Counted from the first letter of the stretch, positions 1 to 6,641 are shown. The stretch is 11,072 nt of DNA from an uncultured archaeon (GCA_964473825.1 CAYYQL010000058.1:1-11072), one strand, 5' to 3'. The notes: generated by a model from the letters alone, not told the origin. Numbers and translations: made by a program.

Positions 1-99
1 GATGAGCCAGGCCTACCAAATAAGGAGCATTGCCACAAAAGCTGTAGTCAGCTCTGTTCCTACTGATGGTACCAGCAAAGATGCACTGAGGGTTTCCCT
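1..99 (-). pseudogene. Cassette 3: frameshifted, 5'-truncated fragment of a third variant of the hydrophobic C-terminal domain; runs off the left edge
   Basis: Plus-strand words aggagcattgcc (23-34) and gatggtacca (65-74) recur at 2583-2594 and 2626-2635, with spacing differing by 1 nt. The minus strand reads LLVPSVGTE in one frame and SFCGNAPYLVGLA in the next, versus LMVPSLIGIEWASYSGNAPALAAFIA in the 635-aa ORF. An ATG at 118 opens the downstream frame (MNHEVLEG...SFCGNAPYLVGLAH). Confidence 0.65.
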
Positions 100-119
100 C
101 TAACACCTCATGGTTCATC

Positions 120-668
120 TCAAAGATGACCGTCCTTGAGGATTGCCTGTGCACTCTCTCCTATGACATCATCTCGTCTACTCAAATGCCGTACCAATTC
201 ATCAACATGATCTGGTTTTAAGATTCCATCTTGTATGTGTCGTTCTATCTCAAGGCGAAGGATGGCCTCGGAGAACGGCGTCAGTGCAGCCTTCATCTCC
301 AAGGTCTTCTCAAACGTATCTAGCGGGTCTGTCTTAACTCTCATGTGAAATAAGCCGGGAATCACTCGTGTCACTGCGAAGAGTACAAACAAAGTAACAG
401 CACCATATATCCGAAATATCAAGTATCCACTCATTCCAACAAGAACAGTCTGTAATAGGGTGATTGCCCACCACGCCTTCACATACTTGTTTGCCATTAG
501 CCTCCGTTTCTCTGCCAAAGTGTCCTTTTCATCTGTGTCATGTGAGATGATGATTTGGAACTTTGTCTTTTTATCAAAGGTTCTATCCAGCCACCACACA
601 ACAAAAGCTGTGATCCCCAGAATTACATATGCCAGGAGTTGCTCAACAGGGGTTCCCAATTCCTGCAT
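120..668 (-). CDS. Small membrane protein, 182 aa, about 3 TM plus soluble C-terminal helical tail; putative cognate partner/immunity protein of cassette 2
   Basis: Hydrophobic segments LLAYVILGITAFVVWWL, AWWAITLLQTVLVGMSGYLIF and IYGAVTLFVLFAVTRVIPGLF. The ATG directly abuts the upstream stop (GGAGGCAAC-TGA-ATG), with a GGAGG SD. The immunity role is inferred from position only. Confidence 0.8.
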   Translation of the reverse strand: MQELGTPVEQLLAYVILGITAFVVWWLDRTFDKKTKFQIIISHDTDEKDTLAEKRRLMANKYVKAWWAITLLQTVLVGMSGYLIFRIYGAVTLFVLFAVTRVIPGLFHMRVKTDPLDTFEKTLEMKAALTPFSEAILRLEIERHIQDGILKPDHVDELVRHLSRRDDVIGESAQAILKDGHL

Positions 669-1646
669 TCAGTTGCCTCCATAGTATCTGACATAATGAT
701 GCGCAGCGACTAACCCGAATATCGCCATCAGTAACAATGCCACCAATCTGGTGAATTTGAGGGTTTTGCAGAAATCCCTTATGATATCCAGTAATCCCGT
801 TATAGCCATTCCCAGTGAAACGAGGTATATACCCATCAGAGCAGAAGTAAATACCCCGGTTAGGGACTTGTAGCCGATGAAAATCCAGAGCATTGTGAGG
901 AATAGCCCAAAGAAAAAGAAGTATGCATTGGCATGGGTCCAGTATTCTGCCTCCAGATTCTGGCCAGCATATGAAAATGCCCAGATAGATGCTCCGACCA
1001 AAGCAGTGATCCCGACAGCTAGAAAGCACCATGCGGCAGTAGGGACAAAGTATGAACTCCATAGACTCTCAGCCGCGGCCAGACTGGCTAGTCCCACTTG
1101 TAGGGTTGCAATTATGGACATGGTCATTGTGAGATCAATCATTCCATTATTGATAGCATCATCTGGTTGTTTAGCCCCAACCAAGTCCACCAGTCGGATT
1201 GATTGCAGTAAATCTACACTGAAATGAATCATATTGAAAATTTCAGCAATAGTGACCCACATCTTCATATGTAGAATTGGCCACCATGAATTGGGGTCCC
1301 ACCAGCTAAAAACCTGTGATTCGGCTTGTTTCAAAGTGTCATCGAAGTCAGTGGTTTCACAAACAATTCCTTCATCGGTCCCATCATACACCTCAGGCTC
1401 TCCCGGCGCAGGCGCATTCGGATTGGAGCGAGTCAGGTCCGCCACCACGTTGATGTCGTGGATGCGCATGTCCACTAAGGAGTAACTGGAGTGGCGGTAG
1501 CCAAGGATCCCCACGTACTGGATCACCCTGCTGGCGTTGTCCACCTCGACGATGGGATACGCACTCCCCTGACCGTCGATGGTGCTGTAGATGGCGCCCT
1601 GTCCGCCCATCCACGGGTCCCACCACAGCTTCCCAGTCTTGATGAA
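669..1646 (-). CDS. Cassette 2: N-terminally truncated (orphan) module with a conserved repeat-domain fragment, linker and variant hydrophobic C-terminal domain. The ORF is open to GTG 1754, but its first 36 codons are non-homologous.
   Basis: From FIKTGKLWWDPWMGG to RIHDINVV it is almost identical to the 635-aa ORF. Homology starts abruptly mid-domain at 1646. The C-terminal ~200 aa contain about 4-5 hydrophobic helices. Confidence 0.8.
   Translation of the reverse strand, partial: FIKTGKLWWDPWMGGQGAIYSTIDGQGSAYPIVEVDNASRVIQYVGILGYRHSSYSLVDMRIHDINVVADLTRSNPNAPAPGEPEVYDGTDEGIVCETTDFDDTLKQAESQVFSWWDPNSWWPILHMKMWVTIAEIFNMIHFSVDLLQSIRLVDLVGAKQPDDAINNGMIDLTMTMSIIATLQVGLASLAAAESLWSSYFVPTAAWCFLAVGITALVGASIWAFSYAGQNLEAEYWTHANAYFFFFGLFLTMLWIFIGYKSLTGVFTSALMGIYLVSLGMAITGLLDIIRDFCKTLKFTRLVALLLMAIFGLVAAHHYVRYYGGN
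1444..1646. repeat. Direct repeat copy A (203 bp) of 3046-3248
   Basis: Ungapped manual alignment at offset 1602 gives 15 mismatches in 203 bp (about 93%). Perfect runs are 1444-1475, 1510-1571 (62 bp) and 1586-1625. Confidence 0.97.
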
Positions 1647-1793
1647 CAATGCCTTCACCTTTGACGGGCATTTCCGGCAGGCTGGCTTCACGGATTTTCC
1701 CTGACTAGTGTCCTTCATGAGATACTTATTCGCTTCATTCCGATTGATTACCACTAAGCAGAGGATGAGTGTTTCCGACTTTCTACGACCAAG

Positions 1794-2210
1794 TCAGTCA
1801 GTCGATTCCTTGTCGCTATAGAACAATCGAGGAATGCCATAGACAAGGAGTGCCAGTTCCAAGGGCATGAGATATCCGGACAGCCACAGACTCCCCTCAC
1901 CCAAGAGATAGCCATCAAATGCGAAAACGGTGACAACGGTGAGCACGAACAGCACGAACAGTATTGCCTTCTCCATGAGGGTTATCCTCTTCGAGTCTAT
2001 CTTGTAGAGACGATGCAGTATGCGAGGCTCGGACTCAGTGTATTCCCCTGGTACGCCACCCGAAACAGCAGACTGCACAAGGCGTACCTTCTCCAAGAGC
2101 GGTATTGCAGACATCAGCAGACCCAGAACTATCAGGACTGCAATAAGCAAGCCCATTTCCGAGAGTCCGACTAGGCTCATGATTTCATGAAGGTTTTGCC
2201 ATATGCTCAA
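1794..2210 (-). CDS. Small membrane protein, 138 aa, about 3 TM; putative cognate partner/immunity protein of cassette 1
   Basis: TTG start preceded by TAG-GGGAGG-AACCAAG, so the SD overlaps the upstream stop. Hydrophobic segments MGLLIAVLIVLGLLMSAIPLL, AILFVLFVLTVVTVFAF and LWLSGYLMPLELALLVYGIPRLF. Confidence 0.8.
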   Translation of the reverse strand: MSIWQNLHEIMSLVGLSEMGLLIAVLIVLGLLMSAIPLLEKVRLVQSAVSGGVPGEYTESEPRILHRLYKIDSKRITLMEKAILFVLFVLTVVTVFAFDGYLLGEGSLWLSGYLMPLELALLVYGIPRLFYSDKESTD

Positions 2211-2225
2211 CTTGGTTCCTCCCTA
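2211..2225 (-). promoter_or_regulatory. Shine-Dalgarno site coupling cassette 1 to its partner gene
   Basis: Minus strand reads TAGGGGAGGAACCAAG-TTG. Confidence 0.65.
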
Positions 2226-4130
2226 GAATGATGCCAACAGGTGTGATAATCCACAAAGGAAGCAATGCACCGCCAGCGCTATAAGAAACACGGTTGCAAG
2301 AATCATTCCTGATGCGATGGCTCTCAGCGGCGCTATCCTCTCAAGTAATACGATGAAGACCCCCGCTACCGGTGACGTAGGCTCAACGAAGTTGAGGACA
2401 AGTCCCATCACAGCTGTGAAGAACAGCGTTTGTATTATACTGATGCCCCGAGTCCACCAGTCATGGGCACAGTCATAATGGGTCCACTTGCCTTCTGAAA
2501 GCATCTTGTCATGGAACCATTTAATCGATGTATCCCATGCGAATGTCAGAGCAACCGTTGATGCAATGAAAGCAGCAAGCGCAGGAGCATTGCCTGAGTA
2601 GCTTGCCCATTCTATTCCAATTAGCGATGGTACCATCAAGTTCAAGCAGACCTCTGCGAATAGATCGATTTGTTGGTTCAGAACCTCATCGCTTGGCTGT
2701 CCAAAGGAACCATCACCATGGGTTTCCAACTCCTCTGTTTCAGGTTGCCCCATGATATTCTTCGCCAGATGGAAGTTGAGGACTGTCCCTTCAGCCGGTT
2801 TTGCGGGATGTCCCTCCGGGATGTAGTCTGGAGCAATCTGTATACTGAACCTGTAGTGCAGCAGCGGCCATGGACCAGTCCAATCAGGCACCACTTCGCT
2901 CAGCGCTTGCTGCAGGTCAAAGTCCGACTGCTGTTCTTGTTGCTTACTCGGAGTTTCAGTCCCATCGAACTCCAAACCCTCCTCCGGGTCCTCTGAGGGT
3001 GGTGGGTCATCCGGGTAGTCGGGATTGCGCCTGCTGAGGTCGCAGACCACGTTGATGTCGTGGATGCGCATGTCCACCAACCCATAGCTGGAGTGACGGT
3101 AGCCAAGGATGCCCACGTACTGGATCACCCTGCTGGCGTTGTCCACCTCGACGATGGGATACGCACTCCCCTGCCCATCGATGGAGGTGTAGATGGCGCC
3201 CTGTCCGCCCATCCACGGGTCCCACCAAAGCTTCCCGGTCTTGGTGAAGGAGGTATAGAGGTATCCTGAACTCTGGCTGGCGCCACTGTGGTCTTGCGGG
3301 TAGAAGTACACGTTGAAGTACCCCTTCTGGCTTCCCACCCAACTGTCACCCCACATGACCAGGGAAACGATCTGTTTGTTTTCGTCAAACAACCCCACAT
3401 AGGTCTTCCCCATGGTGCTGCTGCTCTGAAACAGCCCGCCCAGCACCGAGAACTCACTCAGCTGATAAAGCCTGAAGGGGCGGTCAAGAGTATGCACGTA
3501 CATCGGCCCGTGCCAGCTGCTCCCGCCTGCCTCTATATTATCCCAGGTCATGTAGCTCTGGCCAGATGGAGACACCAGTTCGCCCTCACCACGCGTACCG
3601 TACGGAAACTCTGGCATGCTCACGAAGTTGTCAACGTCATTGCAGCTGTCATGGAACACCGTGTAGTCCGACCCTGCGTAGCTCAGTCGGATGTTGTAGA
3701 TCCTGTCATCGTGTTCTGCATAACTGCTGTAGCGGTAGGACTGGACCACGACATACTTGAGCAGTCTGTCAGTATTGATCAGGTTATGCGTGTACAGGGA
3801 GGACTCGCCCTTTCCCGGAACATCCGCAAGTACGCCCTCGAGGGGGTTGAAGCGCACGGTCACCACGCCATTCAGGTCACCGTACGTATAGTCGGTGGTA
3901 TGGTGTGATAACGAACCATCTTCTCGATAGTACGATGCTCTCAGGAAGCACCTCTTAGAGCCCGCCCATGCATCGGTTATCCGCAGGGCCACTGCCAGCT
4001 TCTTATTGGCATCGTACAGGTTGACAAAGGTGGACGCCATCCTGTTGTTGCTCCCGCCATGGAGCAGTGACATGTTCGCGCTGAAGGAGCCCAGATCACC
4101 TATCTTGAAGTACGACGGGAGAGTTCGCAC
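2223..4130 (-). CDS. Cassette 1: 635-aa ORF with two tandem ~211-aa beta-rich repeat domains (the first truncated), a Pro/acidic linker and a hydrophobic multi-TM C-terminal domain; probably itself 5'-truncated
   Basis: Internal repeat motifs: MASTFVNLYDANKK/MGKTYVGLFDENKQ, DAWAGS/DSWVGS, RLLKYVVVQSYRYSSY/RVIQYVGILGYRHSSY, DDRIYNI/DMRIHDI. In-frame codons upstream of the GTG read DGPSF-VRTL, matching HGPMY-VHTL of repeat 2. There is an in-frame TAG at 4176-4178 and no signal peptide. Confidence 0.85.
   Translation of the reverse strand: MRTLPSYFKIGDLGSFSANMSLLHGGSNNRMASTFVNLYDANKKLAVALRITDAWAGSKRCFLRASYYREDGSLSHHTTDYTYGDLNGVVTVRFNPLEGVLADVPGKGESSLYTHNLINTDRLLKYVVVQSYRYSSYAEHDDRIYNIRLSYAGSDYTVFHDSCNDVDNFVSMPEFPYGTRGEGELVSPSGQSYMTWDNIEAGGSSWHGPMYVHTLDRPFRLYQLSEFSVLGGLFQSSSTMGKTYVGLFDENKQIVSLVMWGDSWVGSQKGYFNVYFYPQDHSGASQSSGYLYTSFTKTGKLWWDPWMGGQGAIYTSIDGQGSAYPIVEVDNASRVIQYVGILGYRHSSYGLVDMRIHDINVVCDLSRRNPDYPDDPPPSEDPEEGLEFDGTETPSKQQEQQSDFDLQQALSEVVPDWTGPWPLLHYRFSIQIAPDYIPEGHPAKPAEGTVLNFHLAKNIMGQPETEELETHGDGSFGQPSDEVLNQQIDLFAEVCLNLMVPSLIGIEWASYSGNAPALAAFIASTVALTFAWDTSIKWFHDKMLSEGKWTHYDCAHDWWTRGISIIQTLFFTAVMGLVLNFVEPTSPVAGVFIVLLERIAPLRAIASGMILATVFLIALAVHCFLCGLSHLLASF
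3046..3248. repeat. Direct repeat copy B (203 bp) of 1444-1646
   Basis: See copy A. Encodes FTKTGKLWWDPWMGGQGAIY...DMRIHDINVV. Confidence 0.97.
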
Positions 4131-4179
4131 GAAGGAGGGGCCATCAAAGCAGAGAGCAGGTTGCAGTCTGTCCGGCTAT

Positions 4180-5202
4180 TCATATGACTCTCGAACCTGC
4201 ATCCGGGAGATTGACCATCCGGATGATTGTGGAACAGAGGACTGCCACCCTTCTGGTGAACCATTCGGATGTGAGATTGGCACCTGACTCATAGAGATCG
4301 TCTGACACTCCGAGCCCCCTCTTGACTGGAGGTTCCATGATGAATGGAGTACCCTCAGGGAATGAATCGTTCGTGAGAATCCAGTCCTTGTACTGGCGAG
4401 CAACCTCGGTATTGCCTTCGATATCGTTGAAGTCCTTCAGAGGCCCCCAGTTCAAGGCAATCACACCGTCAACCCCGTCCACTCCTGTGTCGAAGTCGTC
4501 ACTCTGTTTCACAGAACCGTCCCGACCCTCTGCCTCCTTTCGAGCAGTCCGAAGCACCCTGTTGAGCGGTGTGAACTCGGGAGGTGCAGCAAGACGCACA
4601 TGTGCCTTCAGTTTGGGCAAGAGCCTGAGCAGACTGTGAACGGCACTGGGAAGGCCCAATCTCGTGCCGAAGGTCCAGATGATTCCGATCTCCTTGCCTT
4701 TGACACCATCCAGATGTGAGTTCAGGGCAGAGATGCAGGCCAGTGCCGACTGATGCGCATAGATATCATCCTGCAGACTGACCATGGGGGAGGACACGAC
4801 CTCGGGAAATCGCTCAGTCAGGCGCCTGCCGCCAGCAAAGGTCTCCATGTCAACAAAGCTGGTGAGGAGAAGATCCACACTGTTGCTCATCATGGACACG
4901 TATTCCAGTATCTCATCATCCGACATGGCCAGTGAGTCGGGGTATCGGAGAGCGACATGGGCACAGTCAAGCCAACCTGCTGTAGTCCCGGCAATCTGAG
5001 GTTCCCAGAAGTCACCTGCTCGAAGAAGCGAGCCGATAATCTTGGTGGGAAGAACCTGTTTGGAGACCGCATCAACTCCATGTTCATGGAACATGTCAGC
5101 TGTCTTGAGCAGATAGCCGAGATGTGCATCATCGATATCGGTGAACTTCATTTTCTTTGGCCCCTCCCAGTACAGGGGAGTCTGAGACTTGGCATGCACC
5201 AC
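4180..5202 (-). CDS. Aspartate/ornithine carbamoyltransferase-superfamily protein (YgeW/N-acylornithine transcarbamylase-like) with degenerate catalytic motifs; start GTG 5202 or ATG 5151
   Basis: Segments PMVSLQDDIY, GVKGKEIGIIWTF, VRLAAPPEF, GVDGVIALNWGP, QYKDWILT and PVKRGLGVSDDL follow the transcarbamylase pattern as I recall it from YgeW (PALVNLQCDIDHP, LKGKKIAMTWAY, VTLAHPEGY, ADIVYPKSWAP, QHKDW). STRT, HPxQ and HCLP are absent. Confidence 0.8.
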   Translation of the reverse strand: MVHAKSQTPLYWEGPKKMKFTDIDDAHLGYLLKTADMFHEHGVDAVSKQVLPTKIIGSLLRAGDFWEPQIAGTTAGWLDCAHVALRYPDSLAMSDDEILEYVSMMSNSVDLLLTSFVDMETFAGGRRLTERFPEVVSSPMVSLQDDIYAHQSALACISALNSHLDGVKGKEIGIIWTFGTRLGLPSAVHSLLRLLPKLKAHVRLAAPPEFTPLNRVLRTARKEAEGRDGSVKQSDDFDTGVDGVDGVIALNWGPLKDFNDIEGNTEVARQYKDWILTNDSFPEGTPFIMEPPVKRGLGVSDDLYESGANLTSEWFTRRVAVLCSTIIRMVNLPDAGSRVI

Positions 5203-5273
5203 TTAAGACTCATATGGCCTTGAGCAAACCATATCAGGGAAGGATAAGAGTCGTAGCCTCGGTGCACAGCACA

Positions 5274-6641
5274 ATGCCGGTTTGTCCCATCGACTACGGA
5301 AGGTATGGCCACCAGGACATGGTGAGAATATTCGAGGAAGAGTTCAGACATGAGATCTGGTTGAGGGTGGAGGCCACCGTGGCCCAGGTACAGGCTGACA
5401 TGGGCATCGTCCCCAGTGAGGCAGCTGACGAGATTGTCAGTGTCGCGAACCCGGAGACCGTGACTCTTGAGCGGACCATGGAGGTCGAGGCCAGAACAAG
5501 GCATGATGTAGCGGCGCTGGTAGAGGCGATTGCTGAGAAGTGTCAGGGCACTGGCTCCCGTTGGGTCCACTTCGGACTCACCAGTAACGATGTCAAAGAC
5601 ACTGCTCTGGGACTTCAGCTGCTCGCGGCTTTTGGCATCTTGTTGCCCGAAGTGGACGCTCTGGTCAGCTCCCTATCAAGAAGGGCCATAGAGACACAAG
5701 ACCTGATTGCCGTTGGTCGGTCACACGGCCAACAGGCTGTTCCCATCACCTATGGTATCCGTTTCTCGGTCTGGGTTGATGAGATCCGAAGACACTCAGA
5801 GCGCCTTCGTGAGGCTCTGAAGAGGACAGCAGTTGGAAAGGTGGCCGGAGCAACCGGGAGCCATGCAGCCATGGGACCCCGGGGCATTGAGATACAAGAG
5901 AAAGTCTTGACCCGACTTGGTCTGAATGTGCCTGCGGCTACGACGCAGATAGTGCAGAGAGACCGCGTTGCAGAGAGCATCCTGTGCCTTACAAACCTCG
6001 CATCCACACTGGACAAGATAGCCACAGACCTCAGGAATCTCCAGCGGACTGAGATTGCCGAGACCTACGAACCCTTTGCGACAGGAAAGCAGGTTGGCTC
6101 GTCGGCTATGCCACACAAGCGTAATCCAGTGACCTGTGAGAAGATATCCGGCATCGCCCGACTCGTGCGGAGCCTCGCACATCCAGCGCTTGAGAATGTG
6201 GTCAGCTGGGAGGAGCGGGACATCTCACACTCCTCCACTGAGAGGTTCATTATTCCCCAGGCGTTCATCCTGACAGATTATATCGTCAGGGAGATGAGAA
6301 GAGTGATAGAGGGCTTGATGATCGATGAGGAGGCGGTGGAGCGCAACATCTGGCTCTCACGCGACACCTTCCTGAGCGAATACGTCATGACCGTTCTCAC
6401 TGAGGCCGCGCTTCCGCGACCTGATGCACATGCAAAGCTGCGGGCACTGACACTACAGGCAAGGAACGAGGACAGAGATCTCACTGAATTACTCAAAGAG
6501 GACTCTGAGGTCAAAGGTCTCATCGACCCTGCCAACATCGACGTGGGAAAGTTCTTCGATTCAATTCGCGAGGTCTCGAGGAAGATCGTCCGAGAGACAC
6601 TCCAGAGATATGAGGGATCCGTGACTGCTTCGACAGGATAA
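5274..6641 (+). CDS. purB: Adenylosuccinate lyase (455 aa from ATG 5274)
   Basis: Fumarase/ASL signature GSSAMPHKRNP, plus HDV, VHFGLTSND, GRSHGQQAVPIT, TTQIVQRDR and ERDISHSSTER. The N-terminus MPVCPIDYGRYG is typical of archaeal PurB. Confidence 0.97.
   Translation: MPVCPIDYGRYGHQDMVRIFEEEFRHEIWLRVEATVAQVQADMGIVPSEAADEIVSVANPETVTLERTMEVEARTRHDVAALVEAIAEKCQGTGSRWVHFGLTSNDVKDTALGLQLLAAFGILLPEVDALVSSLSRRAIETQDLIAVGRSHGQQAVPITYGIRFSVWVDEIRRHSERLREALKRTAVGKVAGATGSHAAMGPRGIEIQEKVLTRLGLNVPAATTQIVQRDRVAESILCLTNLASTLDKIATDLRNLQRTEIAETYEPFATGKQVGSSAMPHKRNPVTCEKISGIARLVRSLAHPALENVVSWEERDISHSSTERFIIPQAFILTDYIVREMRRVIEGLMIDEEAVERNIWLSRDTFLSEYVMTVLTEAALPRPDAHAKLRALTLQARNEDRDLTELLKEDSEVKGLIDPANIDVGKFFDSIREVSRKIVRETLQRYEGSVTASTG

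Noticed and set aside
1647-1754. Genuine N-terminal domain (with CRKC) of the 361-aa ORF
   Set aside because: It is non-homologous to cassette 1, has no clear SD, and joins mid-domain. It is most likely spacer that happens to be open.
1444-3248. Diversity-generating retroelement TR/VR pair
   Set aside because: Mismatches are not adenine-specific on either strand (several G/C differences) and most are synonymous. The repeat is the conserved part of the protein rather than the variable part, and there is no reverse transcriptase in the window.
1393-3342. Similar alternative-frame ORFs 1393-1671 and 3007-3342 as a real gene pair
   Set aside because: Their similarity is a by-product of the DNA repeat. 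The substitutions are synonymous in the main frame, not in this one.
4180-5202. Assigning argF/pyrB/ygeW as gene symbol
   Set aside because: The catalytic motifs are missing, so a specific enzymatic call is unsupported.
5157-5273. 39-aa N-terminal extension of PurB in the ORF track
   Set aside because: It overlaps the divergent gene, and PurB homology starts at MPVCPIDYGRYG (ATG 5274).
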